Source: Dehalococcoidia bacterium (GTDB taxonomy: Bacteria > Chloroflexota > Dehalococcoidia > Bin125). From it: DNA of 64,000 nt. How positions within the stretch are numbered: position 1 is the stretch's first letter; each line of letters begins with the position of its first letter. The position numbers and the translations under genes were made by a program. Location: positions 579,088 through 643,087 of the forward strand of contig CBDCPP010000002.1 of NCBI GenBank assembly GCA_965220315.1, read 5' to 3'. The notes below the pieces were generated by a model, which was not told where the DNA came from, did no database searches, and worked only from the letters and a program-made list of their open reading frames with translations. Positions 19,092 through 28,590 of this stretch are shown piece by piece.

Positions 19092-20453
19092 TCAGTTCGA
19101 CAGATCGAACGGAACCTCATCTAGGTCGACGATCGTGCCGTCCTGGTATTGCCAGATACCGATGAAGCCGGTGAGCACATCGCCGTTCGCGTCCCAGTCG
19201 ACGCTGGTGGCGGCGCCCTCGTAATTGACTGTGTTGCCGGCGCGCACGGCGGCGAGCGCGGCGGCAACGCCTTCGACGCCTGCCACTGCGATTTCGCCCC
19301 CGCCACCGCAGACCTGCCGCAACGCGTCGCGGATAGCTACGCCGTCGGTCGAACCGGCGGCTTCGGCGGCCAGTGCGAGGCAGATCGTGGCGTCATACGT
19401 CTCGGCGACGAAGGGTACCGTCGGGAGCGCGCCGTATTCGGCGATGTAGGAGGCTTCCCAAGCCTGGCTGCTTGTCGTGCCGGGGCCGCCGGTGGGCGCG
19501 GTCCCCTTGGAGCCGTCGAGGAACTCGGCCCCGATCGCGTCGATGAGTTCCTGGCTGCGGGTCCCGTCGACAAACAGGAACTGGTCGAACAGATCATTCT
19601 CCAGCGCCTCACGGACATAGACCATCGCTTCGGTTGGGAATCCGATTGCGACAAGCACGCGGGCGCCGTTCGCCGCGGCCGCTTGCAACTCCGCCAAGTA
19701 GGTCGCTTGTTCGCCCTCGTAGGATGCGACGGTTGCCCTGCCCGCAAAGGCGCCGACAAAGGACCCGGACAGCCCCTGGCCATAGGGATCGTTGACGAAC
19801 AGCACGCCGACGTTTTCGAAGCCTTCGTCCATCGCCAGCTGCGCTAGGACAGGCCCCTGGGCCGCGTCCGAGGTCGTGCTGCGGAAAAGGAAGCCGTTGT
19901 CGTTCACCAACGTGATCGCCGGCGCCGTAGCGGATGGCGAGATCGTGGGAATTCCGGCTGGGCCGGTGACGCTCTCGCCCACCGGCACGGTCACGTCACT
20001 GGCGAGCGGCCCCACGATGGCGTGGACGCCTTCGATATCAATAAGCCGGCGGGCTTCTTCGGCGCCTTGCACCGGATCCAACATGGTGTCGCCGATGGCC
20101 GCCAGTAGCACGTCCTGACCTAGGACGCCGCCAGCAGCGTTGATGTGTTTGATTGCCAGATCGGCGCCGGTCTTGATAGGTGGTCCGAACTCCGCGATTG
20201 GGCCCGAGAAATCCGCAAGAAAGCCGATGCGTAGCGGACCCTCGCTGGGCGGTGCTTCGTCTCCCGTGTCCACGGGCTGGTCGCTGGGTGCCTCGGATGC
20301 CGCAGGCATGGCCTCCTCGTCGTCGCCACAGGCCGCAGCGACCAACGCGACCATTGCTAGCGCCGCGATCAACAAGACGACGTGGAGGCTCAGGCCAGAC
20401 CGCCAGTCTCTCCACGCAGAGGTCTTCTTATAGAGGGATCCCTGGTCGCGCAT
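19092..20453 (-). CDS. ABC transporter substrate-binding lipoprotein (HAAT family, LivJ/UrtA/amide-binding type)
   Basis: The internal ATG at 20453 has an AAGGA ribosome-binding site. The protein MRDQ...LLIAALAMVALVAAACGDDEE has a lipobox (VAAC) followed by an acidic, proline-rich tether and then a periplasmic binding-protein fold (LRIGFLADFSGP...). Confidence 0.85.
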   Translation of the reverse strand: MRDQGSLYKKTSAWRDWRSGLSLHVVLLIAALAMVALVAAACGDDEEAMPAASEAPSDQPVDTGDEAPPSEGPLRIGFLADFSGPIAEFGPPIKTGADLAIKHINAAGGVLGQDVLLAAIGDTMLDPVQGAEEARRLIDIEGVHAIVGPLASDVTVPVGESVTGPAGIPTISPSATAPAITLVNDNGFLFRSTTSDAAQGPVLAQLAMDEGFENVGVLFVNDPYGQGLSGSFVGAFAGRATVASYEGEQATYLAELQAAAANGARVLVAIGFPTEAMVYVREALENDLFDQFLFVDGTRSQELIDAIGAEFLDGSKGTAPTGGPGTTSSQAWEASYIAEYGALPTVPFVAETYDATICLALAAEAAGSTDGVAIRDALRQVCGGGGEIAVAGVEGVAAALAAVRAGNTVNYEGAATSVDWDANGDVLTGFIGIWQYQDGTIVDLDEVPFDLSN

Positions 20454-20643
20454 CGCATCATCCTTTGGAAACGCCGCGCTCCGCGAAATATCTGGAACGC
20501 GAATCTCTGGGAAATGGAGGGAGCGCGCCCATTCCACTTGCACGCGCACCCTGTCAGAGGAGACTAGCACGGCGATTCCGTCGAGGGTGAGCCTGCGCGC
20601 GTGGGAGACTCGCTCTTGACCGATCGAGGGACGTAGGAGATCG

Positions 20644-21123
20644 ATGATGGAGAAACTGAGCGCCAAGGCTCAGCGCGTCCAGGATGTGATCGCCGCCGCC
20701 GGGCTGGTATTGGAAGTCCGCGAACTGCCGGCGAGTACCCGGACGGCCGCAGAGGCGGCGAGCGCGATCGGCTGCGAAGTGGCCCAGATCGCCAAATCGC
20801 TCGTCTTCCACCGCCGGGAATCGAACGCACCACTCTTAGTGATCGCGAGTGGGACCAATCGCGTCAACGGCGAGGCCGTTGCCGCTCTGATCGGGGAACG
20901 GATCACACTGGCTGCGGCGGAATTCGTGCAAGCAAGGACCGGGTTCGCCATCGGCGGCGTGCCCCCGATCGGACATGCGTCGTCTATGGATGTCTTAATC
21001 GACGAAGACCTCCGGCGATACGACGAAATCTGGGCGGCCGCTGGTACATCCCACGCCGTCTTCCGGCTCACACCTTCTGATCTTGAAGCGCTAACCAGTG
21101 GGCGCGTCGTGCGCGTGACCTAA
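20644..21123 (+). CDS. YbaK/EbsC-family aminoacyl-tRNA deacylase (ProX-like)
   Basis: The 159-aa protein has conserved K in KSLVF and a GG(V/I)PP block (FAIGGVPPIGH). Confidence 0.75.
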   Translation: MMEKLSAKAQRVQDVIAAAGLVLEVRELPASTRTAAEAASAIGCEVAQIAKSLVFHRRESNAPLLVIASGTNRVNGEAVAALIGERITLAAAEFVQARTGFAIGGVPPIGHASSMDVLIDEDLRRYDEIWAAAGTSHAVFRLTPSDLEALTSGRVVRVT

Positions 21124-21228
21124 ACTGCGTGACTCTTCGGGAGTTCAAGCGTGAGCGGACTTTCCGTCGCAGAGTGAGGGTGTAAGCCTGAGTTGCTCAC
21201 CGCCAAGAAAGAGAGAGGGAGCATCCGC

Positions 21229-22035
21229 ATGAGTGAAGAGCGCATCCTCATCCGCCGGGAAGGGCACTTGGCTTGGCTGATCTTCAACCGTCCCGAGCGC
21301 CTCAACGCGATGACCGTGGAGAGCTGGAGTCGCATGTGCGAACTCTTGGCCGAGGTGGACGCCGATCGCGATGTGCGCTGCGTAGTGCTCGCGGGCGAAG
21401 GCCGGGCATTTCTTGCCGGACATGATGTGGAGGAGATCCGCAGTCACAACGAAGGGATCGCATCGGGAACGCTGAGCGGCGCGCAGCTGCGACGGTGGCA
21501 GCAAACCTTGCAGGACAGCGCCCGCTGGCTGAGGCGGCTGCACTGCCCCGTGATCGCAGCCGTGCAGGGCTATGCGCTGGGCGCAGGCTGCGAAACCGTG
21601 GCGGCCTGCGATCTGGTGGTGGCGGGGCGCGACGCCCAGTTCGGATTTCCCGAGGTCAACATCGGCGTGACGATTACCAACGGTGGTACGTATTTCTTGC
21701 CGCGCCAGATCGGGCTGGCCAAGGCCCGCGAGCTGGCCTACACAGGAGAATTCATCGACGCTGAGGAAGCGCACCGCATAGGCCTCGTCAATCGAGTGGT
21801 GGAGCCCGGCACGGAGCGGGAGGAGGCTGGTCGTCTGGCGGCGCGGATCGCTAGCCGCGCCCCGCTGGCCGTGCAGCTCCACAAAACGATGCTCGATCGC
21901 GGCCTAGAAGCGTCGCTGGAGACTGCTCTCGATTTCGAAACCGAAGCGCTCGTACAAACCGCAATGACCCGAGACAATCTTGAGGGCGCGGCGGCATTCT
22001 TCGAGAAGCGCGCGCCGCGGTTCACCGGCCAGTAA
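21229..22035 (+). CDS. enoyl-CoA hydratase/isomerase (crotonase) family
   Basis: The internal ATG has a GAGAGGGAG ribosome-binding site. The protein MSEERILIRREGHLAWLIFNRPERLNAMT has a crotonase fold. Confidence 0.85.
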   Translation: MSEERILIRREGHLAWLIFNRPERLNAMTVESWSRMCELLAEVDADRDVRCVVLAGEGRAFLAGHDVEEIRSHNEGIASGTLSGAQLRRWQQTLQDSARWLRRLHCPVIAAVQGYALGAGCETVAACDLVVAGRDAQFGFPEVNIGVTITNGGTYFLPRQIGLAKARELAYTGEFIDAEEAHRIGLVNRVVEPGTEREEAGRLAARIASRAPLAVQLHKTMLDRGLEASLETALDFETEALVQTAMTRDNLEGAAAFFEKRAPRFTGQ

Positions 22036-22230
22036 ACCGCTAGGAAACCTATCGCGGGTGTCCAGGTGATGCTGCGGTCGGCGAGAGAGACCGCACGGCT
22101 GCGCTTGTTGCCTCCGCTTTCGCGTCAGCCACTGCGCGCCACCGGCCACTCCTTGCCGCGCGGCGCGCTCTCGTGCTCGAATTGCGCAAAGCTTGCCGGG
22201 TTTGGATGCCTGCGGAGAGAGAAGGATGAG

Positions 22231-22788
22231 ATGACACGAACAGTCGCGACACGCAGGCGAATCTCTCGCCGGTGGATGCTAGGGCTTGTCGGCCGTCTCG
22301 GGATCGGTGCCGTGGGGATTGCGCTGGTTGGCTGCGACGACGACGACGACACACCATCGCCGGCGCCGGTCGATGAGCAGCCTCTCGCGTAAGATCAGGC
22401 AGCGGCCACGCAGCAAGCGCCTATCCAGGAGCCAGCCCCGGCCGTCTCCGCGGATGGCAGCATCTAGGTGAGCCTCACGGAGTGGGAGATCATTCTGGAT
22501 GCAACGTCGGCACCCGCTGGGACAGTCACCTTCAACGTCGTGAACGATGGGAACCAACGGGGCGTCATGCATGAGCTCGCCGTGATTCGCACGGACATTG
22601 CTCCGGACGCCCTGCCCGTCTCCGGACCAGTGGTTGATGAATCCGGTCTGGATGTGTTGGGGTGGACAGGGTGCCTGGATCATGGAGAAACCGACCAACT
22701 GACACTGGAAATGACGCCCGGAGCCTACATCTTGCTCTGCAACTTCCGCCCCACTACAACCGAGGGCAGGTCTCGGGCTTCACGGTGA
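22231..22788 (+). pseudogene. cupredoxin-like secreted lipoprotein interrupted by two in-frame stops (TAA at 22390, TAG at 22465)
   Basis: A single frame encodes a Tat/lipoprotein signal (MTRTVATRRRISRRWMLGLVGRLGIGAVGIALVGC), a Pro-rich linker and a cupredoxin-like beta domain (VTFNVVNDGNQRGVMHELAVIRTD ... CNF). Two stop codons and the lack of a downstream ligand region break it up. Real pseudogene and sequence error cannot be distinguished here. Confidence 0.3.
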
Positions 22789-22789
22789 C

Positions 22790-24370
22790 CTAGTCGCGTC
22801 CGCTGCGCAAAGCGCGTCCCGGCAGGGCGCCGGTGTGCGTGCCGCGATCGATCACGACACGGCCGTTGACGATGACATAGTCGATCCCGGCCGGATATGC
22901 GCGCGGCATCTGGTGAGTTGCACGCGCCTCGACCGTCTCCGGGTCGAAAATCACGATGTCCGCCTTACAGCCGTCGCGCAAGAGACCGCGATCGCGGAGA
23001 CCCAGGCGCCGGGCGGGAGCGGAGGTCATCTTGCGGATCGCCTCCGGCAGGGAGAGATGGCCTTCCTCGCGCACGAAGCGGCCCAGAACTAGGGGGAAAC
23101 AGCCGTAGGTTCGGGGGCTGGGCCGGTCGCCGAAGACGATCGCATCGCTGGCGATCATCCCCTGCGGGTGGGCCACGAAGTGCGGGATCGTGGCTTCGGT
23201 CACCCACGCCCCGACCCAAGTCACGTGCAGCTCCTCCTCAAGGAGAAGGTCCAGCAGCGCATCCGCCGGCTCCTGCCGGCGCATCGCCGCGATCTCCGGG
23301 ACCAACCGCCCGTCATAGGGCGCGTTCTCCGGCCGGCGGAACGAGGTCAGCCAGCCCACCTCCCAGCGCAGCACCCGTTCCTTGCTGGTCAGCGCTTCCT
23401 TGATCCGCGCGCGGTCATTGGGATTGCGCAACGCTTCCATGAGGCGCTCGGGGCCGCCCTCTTTCGCCCAGTTCGGGAGCAAGATCGTGGCGGTCGTGGA
23501 AGAGTAAGGGTAGGTGTAGCAATCGAAAGTGACATCGCGTCCGTCAGTGCGAGCGGCATCGACGAGGTCCAGATACGCCTCGGCCGCGGCCGGACTGCCG
23601 AGCGGCTGATAGTAGTGCGTGAAGTGGACGGCTCCCCCGCTCATGCGCCCAATATCGAGCGCTTCTTCCCAAGGCTGGAGCGCTCCCTGGCGGCGAAGCT
23701 GCGAGCGAGTGTGCGTGTGGTAGAAGCCGTCGTGGCGAGCCGCCTCCGCCATCAAAGCCGCCAGCTCCTGGCTATCCGCGTACGAGCCCGGCGGATAGTC
23801 GAGCCCCGACGAGAGCGCCCAGGCGCCGTCCTCGATCGCTTCTCGCAATACGGCCCGCATCTCCGCGATCTCTCGCTCCGTTGCGGGCCGATCTTCCCAC
23901 CCGACCGCCCAGATTCGCAGCGGCGCGTTGCCCAGGATGAACGCCATATTGACCGCGACGGCGTTGTCGAGCTTGTGCAGGAGATCGGCCACGGTCAGCC
24001 AATCCGCCGGCGCCGGGGGGTAGCTGTTCAGACCGCAGTCCATCCAGATGAAGCGGTCGCGCTCCGCCGCGCTCTTGAACGGCGCGTGCGAGATCCCGTC
24101 GACCCCGATCAATTCGGTCGTGACGCCCTGGCGCACCTTGGGCTCATGTTCAGGGGCGCCGAGGATGGTCAGTCCGGCGTGGGAGTGGAGATCGATGAAG
24201 CCGGGGCAGACCACCAGGCCAGTCGCGTCGATCGTGCGCGCCGCCTGTAGCTCCGACGGGTCGCCGCGCTGCACGGCCAGCGTGTCGCCATCGACGATGA
24301 CGCTGCCGGCGAAGCTGGGTTCCCCGCTTCCGTCGATGATCGTGCCGTTGGTGATCAGCAGGTCGACCAT
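22790..24370 (-). CDS. N-acyl-D-amino-acid deacylase (D-aminoacylase) family amidohydrolase
   Basis: The internal ATG at 24370 has a GAGGGGA ribosome-binding site. The protein MVDLLITNGTIIDGSGEPSFAGSVIVDGDTLAVQ ... GFIDLHSH matches the metal-dependent amidohydrolase / D-aminoacylase N-terminal pattern. Confidence 0.8.
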   Translation of the reverse strand: MVDLLITNGTIIDGSGEPSFAGSVIVDGDTLAVQRGDPSELQAARTIDATGLVVCPGFIDLHSHAGLTILGAPEHEPKVRQGVTTELIGVDGISHAPFKSAAERDRFIWMDCGLNSYPPAPADWLTVADLLHKLDNAVAVNMAFILGNAPLRIWAVGWEDRPATEREIAEMRAVLREAIEDGAWALSSGLDYPPGSYADSQELAALMAEAARHDGFYHTHTRSQLRRQGALQPWEEALDIGRMSGGAVHFTHYYQPLGSPAAAEAYLDLVDAARTDGRDVTFDCYTYPYSSTTATILLPNWAKEGGPERLMEALRNPNDRARIKEALTSKERVLRWEVGWLTSFRRPENAPYDGRLVPEIAAMRRQEPADALLDLLLEEELHVTWVGAWVTEATIPHFVAHPQGMIASDAIVFGDRPSPRTYGCFPLVLGRFVREEGHLSLPEAIRKMTSAPARRLGLRDRGLLRDGCKADIVIFDPETVEARATHQMPRAYPAGIDYVIVNGRVVIDRGTHTGALPGRALRSGRD

Positions 24371-24515
24371 GGCCTCGTCCCCTCGGCCTCTCCCTCTGTC
24401 GGAGAAGGCTGCGCCAGCGACGCTCGCTGACTGTAGATCAGGAAGTTGCCGCGCGCGCGGGAGGAGTAGTCTGCGGAGACGCCCGGACCTCGTACCGCGT
24501 TGGATAGGAGCCGCG

Positions 24516-25490
24516 ATGGATGTCGACTTCAGCGACCACAACGGCAAGCTCGGACCTCCGGACGGCCGCGACTTCCCGCGCTTCATGGGGCCCACCACGT
24601 TTGCCCGGCTGCCGCGGATCGACCAGGTCACGAGCTGGGATATCGCCGTGGTCGGCGTGCCCTTCGATAGTGGGACGAGCTATCGGCCGGGCGCGCGGTT
24701 CGGGCCGCTCGGCATCCGCACGGGCTCGCGGCTGCTGCGGGCCTACCACCCGTCCCTCAAGGTCGAGCCCTTTCAGGGGCAGCAGGTGGTCGACGCCGGC
24801 GATATCGCCTGCAGCCCATACGTCATCGCGGACGCCCTCGAGCAGATCGAGGCCGCCGCGAGCGATCTGGTCGGCAAGGGCCGGCGGGTCGTCGCCCTGG
24901 GCGGCGATCATACGGTCGCGCTCCCGCTCTTGCGGACGGTCCACCGGGCGCACGGGCCGGTCGCCCTCGTCCATTTCGACGCACATCTCGATACCTGGGA
25001 CACCTACATGAAGGTGCCCTTCACGCATGGGACGCCGTTCCGCCGGGCTGCCGAAGAGGGATTGTTCGTCGTCGGCCAGTCGATCCACGTGGGGATCCGG
25101 GGGCCGCTCTACGGCGCCGAAGACCTGAGCGGGGACGCGGCGTTGGGCTTTTCAGTGCTGGGCAGCTGGGAGATCGAGGAGATCGGGATTGGCGGCGTGG
25201 TCGAGCGCGTGCGGCAGCGGGTCGGGGATCAGCCGGTGTACCTCTCGATCGACATCGACGTGCTAGACCCCGCCTTCGCTCCGGCGACGGGGACGCCCGA
25301 GATCGGCGGCTTTTCCACCAGGGAGCTGGCGGGAATCTTGCGGGGCTTCGCCGGGTTGGAGATCGTCGGCGCGGACGTCGTCGAAGTCGCGCCCGTGTAT
25401 GACCACGCGGAGGTGACCACGATCGCCGCAGCCAATCTCGTGTGGGAGATCCTGGGCCTGATGGCGCTCCGGCGTGCGGCGGTGCGGTAA
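24516..25490 (+). CDS. agmatinase/arginase-family ureohydrolase (agmatinase, guanidinobutyrase or related)
   Basis: An ATG at about 24515 is preceded by AGGAG. The protein shows conserved ureohydrolase blocks (GVPFDSGTSYRPGARFGP, GGDHTVALP, DAHLDT, SIDIDVLDPAFAPATGTPE). Confidence 0.85.
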   Translation: MDVDFSDHNGKLGPPDGRDFPRFMGPTTFARLPRIDQVTSWDIAVVGVPFDSGTSYRPGARFGPLGIRTGSRLLRAYHPSLKVEPFQGQQVVDAGDIACSPYVIADALEQIEAAASDLVGKGRRVVALGGDHTVALPLLRTVHRAHGPVALVHFDAHLDTWDTYMKVPFTHGTPFRRAAEEGLFVVGQSIHVGIRGPLYGAEDLSGDAALGFSVLGSWEIEEIGIGGVVERVRQRVGDQPVYLSIDIDVLDPAFAPATGTPEIGGFSTRELAGILRGFAGLEIVGADVVEVAPVYDHAEVTTIAAANLVWEILGLMALRRAAVR

Positions 25491-25501
25491 TCGGGAGACA
25501 C

Positions 25502-25560
25502 TACTATTGAAGGCACGGAGGGGTGGCAGAGCGGATGATTGCGGCGGTCTTGAAAACCGC
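25502..25560 (+). repeat. direct repeat: upstream region plus 5' half of tRNA-Ser through the anticodon stem-loop (att-like partial copy A)
   Basis: TACTATTGAAGGCACGGAGGGGTGGCAGAGCGGATGATTGCGGCGGTCTTGAAAACCGC matches 27023-27085 (upstream sequence plus tRNA positions 1-43) with a few mismatches. It then diverges abruptly. Confidence 0.7.
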
Positions 25561-25565
25561 AGTAA

Positions 25566-26936
25566 TCACGATCCATGAGCGGCCACACTTGCCGACTGTT
25601 CACGAAGGCTCGCAAAGTCATCGGCTGTGACGCGCTGCTCTGCGCTCGCCATGTCATCCTGGAACTTCACACCTTCGCCTTCCAGCACCTCGCGTGGATC
25701 GCGAACGTCCTCCGGGTCGGTCCATCGGAAGTCGTGGGCTATCTTGCCATCGCTGGTCAGTGCGCGGTACGCGGCTGGGCACTTCCAGCACTGTGTCACA
25801 TGCCGGCCCACGGCTCGGGCAGAGCTGCCAATCACCTCTGCCAGATCCTCGTAGGTAGTCCACTTTCCCGGATGAACGAGTGCTAGCAGACGATGGATTT
25901 CGGACCAGTCCCGTCCGAAGCCTGCCAGCTCGGCAAGGCTCGATCCATCCTCTGTGATCCATAGTCGTGGCCCTTGCAACTTTGATCGGTACTTCTCACC
26001 AGATGCTTCGCTAATGATGTGCCTGGCGAGGCCTGTGGGACTCCAAAAAGTACCATCGGGTTTCCACACCAACGGCCTACGGGGCCTGTTCCGCCAAGCA
26101 GCACATCCTCGATGACGATCGGTGCCGATCCATTCCTGCACTACGTCACGCACCGGCAACGGGAGTGCTGTCCATCTAAGCTCCAGTCGTTCACTATCCG
26201 GAAGCGTCCGCTCAGCGATGAGCGTAGTCACCGCGTTAGCCTCCCGCCGTCCCTGAGAACGCTCGACCGCCGCTCGTTGTTCGGCTCGTCCTGGTGTCAC
26301 GGTGAACTCTTCGACATCACTCACCGGCCACACCGATGTGACAATTAGGATCAGGTCGCGCTCTGTGCGATGGGCGCTGAACTCGATCAATTCGACATCC
26401 ACACCCATTTCGGTGAGCCACACCGCGCTGGCAGTGACTTGCGGACCGAAGGCCGTTGCTAGCAATATGATTCGGGGCCGCCGGAGTAGGTCTTGTTCGA
26501 GTGCACCACCAACGTGTTCTTCCAGCAACACTTGGGCGTCGTCGGCAGCTATCGCTGTTCCCCCCACCTTGGCGAGGTAAGTCGCGTGGCTTTCAGCAAG
26601 TTGCTCAGGAGTGAAACGTGAGGCGAACGCAGCGTACTTGATCGCCTGCATCTCAGTTGCATCGGGTGCCCGGCCGCGCTTCAATTCAGCAACTACCAGT
26701 CGGCCATCCGCGTCGATCCCTAACAAGTCGAGGCGGTCTGAAGCGGTGCCTACCCGACTCTGCCAGCCGCTGAACTCAAAGGTAACGATGCGGATGTCAG
26801 GCCCCAAGATTTCAGGATTCGTGCGAACCCACTCCTGCAAGTCAGCTCGCTCACGAAGGCTGGCTTCCGCGAGGCTGATCGGTTGGGCTCGCTGAGCCTC
26901 GCCCTTACCGACTGCGAATACGAGCTCTTCTGCCAT
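25566..26936 (-). CDS. fusion protein: N-terminal NucS/RecB-like PD-(D/E)xK nuclease domain + C-terminal MGMT-type DNA-binding domain lacking the catalytic Cys (ATL-like)
   Basis: The N-terminus has a DLLGIDADGRLVVAELKRGRAPDATEMQAIKYAAFA motif (D...ELK...Q..Y, as in NucS/DUF91 nucleases). The C-terminus has WTTYEDLAEVIGSSARAVGRHV...PAAYRALTSDGKIA...EVLEGEGV, the MGMT DNA-binding-domain pattern with PAAYR in place of PCHR. It is the sole gene between tRNA-repeat copies A and B. Domain calls are by motif only. Confidence 0.55.
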   Translation of the reverse strand: MAEELVFAVGKGEAQRAQPISLAEASLRERADLQEWVRTNPEILGPDIRIVTFEFSGWQSRVGTASDRLDLLGIDADGRLVVAELKRGRAPDATEMQAIKYAAFASRFTPEQLAESHATYLAKVGGTAIAADDAQVLLEEHVGGALEQDLLRRPRIILLATAFGPQVTASAVWLTEMGVDVELIEFSAHRTERDLILIVTSVWPVSDVEEFTVTPGRAEQRAAVERSQGRREANAVTTLIAERTLPDSERLELRWTALPLPVRDVVQEWIGTDRHRGCAAWRNRPRRPLVWKPDGTFWSPTGLARHIISEASGEKYRSKLQGPRLWITEDGSSLAELAGFGRDWSEIHRLLALVHPGKWTTYEDLAEVIGSSARAVGRHVTQCWKCPAAYRALTSDGKIAHDFRWTDPEDVRDPREVLEGEGVKFQDDMASAEQRVTADDFASLREQSASVAAHGS

Positions 26937-27040
26937 CGCAATCCCTCCTAGCGAGCGAGGTCATCTTCGTAGCGGCGTCTGATCAGGATCGCCAGGTTCA
27001 CAATACGACGCTCATGCGGGTACTACTATTGAGAAGGTGC

Positions 27041-27130
27041 GGAGGGGTGGCAGAGTGGATGATTGCGGCGGTCTTGAAAACCGCTAGGCGCCTCGGCGTC
27101 TCGGGGGTTCGAATCCCTCCCCCTCCGCCA
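27041..27130 (+). tRNA. tRNA-Ser (anticodon TGA), class II with long variable arm, encoded CCA
   Basis: A cloverleaf can be drawn by hand: acceptor GGAGGGG/CCCCTCC, U8, a 3-bp D stem, anticodon stem GCGGT/ACCGC with loop CTTGAAA (U33, anticodon UGA), an 18-nt variable arm, T arm GGGGG-TTCGAAT-CCCTC, discriminator G and CCA. Confidence 0.85.
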
Positions 27131-27636
27131 GTGCATAGGATTTCGTCGCGCTTATGGATAAGGCTATACCGGACCGAGATGAGACAGCCGATCCTGCCGA
27201 CATTTACGCATTCACCGCAGCCTTTCGTTGGTTGAAGCTTGAGGATCGAGTGGCCCTGAAAACGTGGTGATCAGCGCAATGCCAGATGGCACCCTTTAGG
27301 GTCTTCCTCGCGATCTGCCAATCCGCTGCCGTCATCCTCCTTGATGCGGTCAGCGCAGCCCCGCACAGGCGCGATCGAAGCCCCGGCTGAGAGAAATGAG
27401 ACCGTGGAGGGCTACCGAAGTCTTGAAAGAGAGGGTTGCCGGAGCTGACGTAGAGCAGGGTGTATCGTTAGGGTTGACACCACCTGTTGAGACGCCCATG
27501 GGCAGGGTAGAAGGTGCGATGCCCAATTACTGTGGTGGTCTCGAATATGGTGGACCAAGCCGTTGGCGAAATCGGGTGGGCCAGCCGATTGCCCTGGCAA
27601 TGATGGCTTCCCTGCCGCGAGCAATCCTCTGAAAGG

Positions 27637-28275
27637 ATGATGAAGATGGTTGATGAACGAGAGATCGGGAATCGGGTCAAAGGCAGTGTCATCGGGCTGC
27701 TCAAAGGCACGGGAGAGGTCGCTGCAACCGCTGTGGGTGAAGTCGCCAACCTCACCCGAACGACAGTCAAGGAAACTGGCGAGACAGGCGGCGCAGCCGC
27801 CAACCTAGCGGTGGGAGCCGTCAAGGGAGCCATTGACGCCGTTGGCGACATCGGCGGCGAAGCGGCACAGACCGCGGCCACGACCCTCACCGCGACGGTC
27901 GACGCGGCGACGCAAGTCGGAAGCTCCGTCGGAAACGCCGCCAAGGGAGCGGTGATCGGCGCCGTGGAAGGCTCCTCCGAGGTCGGGGCGGAGTCGGTGG
28001 AGGCGATCGGCAAGACCAGCCGGGCGGCCGTTAGTGAAGCGGCGATGATCGGTGCTGACGTCACGACTGCGGCCGTTGGAGCCGTTGAGGGCGCTATTGA
28101 GGCCGCCAAGAAGACGGGGATCGGTGTGGAGGACGCCGCGGCGGCGGCGGCAACCGGCGCCATTGAGGGCGCGGGCGAGGTCAGCGAAGCGGCTGCCGTA
28201 CGAGTGCGGCGTTCTGTGGAAGGGGTGATTCAAGGAGTGCAGGTGGTCGCCAAGACGGCGAGTGGGAAGAGCTAA
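27637..28275 (+). CDS. Ala/Gly/Val-rich repeat protein (LEA-like / amphipathic 11-mer repeats), function unknown
   Basis: The 212-aa ORF contains many GAV(I/E)GA(V/I)(E/D)A-type repeats. It is the only ORF between tRNA copies B and C. The gene call rests on repeat periodicity alone. Confidence 0.45.
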   Translation: MMKMVDEREIGNRVKGSVIGLLKGTGEVAATAVGEVANLTRTTVKETGETGGAAANLAVGAVKGAIDAVGDIGGEAAQTAATTLTATVDAATQVGSSVGNAAKGAVIGAVEGSSEVGAESVEAIGKTSRAAVSEAAMIGADVTTAAVGAVEGAIEAAKKTGIGVEDAAAAAATGAIEGAGEVSEAAAVRVRRSVEGVIQGVQVVAKTASGKS

Positions 28276-28590
28276 GCGGGTAGCGCTGAGGGCCTTGCGT
28301 CGCTAGTCGACAGTGAGGGGCCTCAGCCGTACCGAGGGCGCGAGGTTCAGCCCGCCTACGCGAGTAGCGTTCCTTGGCGAGCCGCTTCGCGGGGTTCGAT
28401 CAGTTTGGCACCGACTCCGCATGGGCTGAGCTGGTATGTGGTCCTCTTTAGCTATATCGACGGCTGTCACCCATTTGTCACCTAACTCGTCGACAGGAAG
28501 TATTGAAGGCAGGGACTTGTAGCACCGTTCCCTCGAGAAACGTGGGCGGAAGCGGAATCGTTGACACGCGCCGCCACCCAACAGATCCGC

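Noticed and set aside
27041-27130. Possible tRNA-Sec (selenocysteine), because of the long variable arm and the 'UGA' triplet in the anticodon loop
   Set aside because: With U33 assigned, the anticodon is U-G-A, which reads the codon UCA (serine), not the UCA anticodon of tRNA-Sec. The 7-bp acceptor stem and class II geometry fit tRNA-Ser. No selB/selA context is present.
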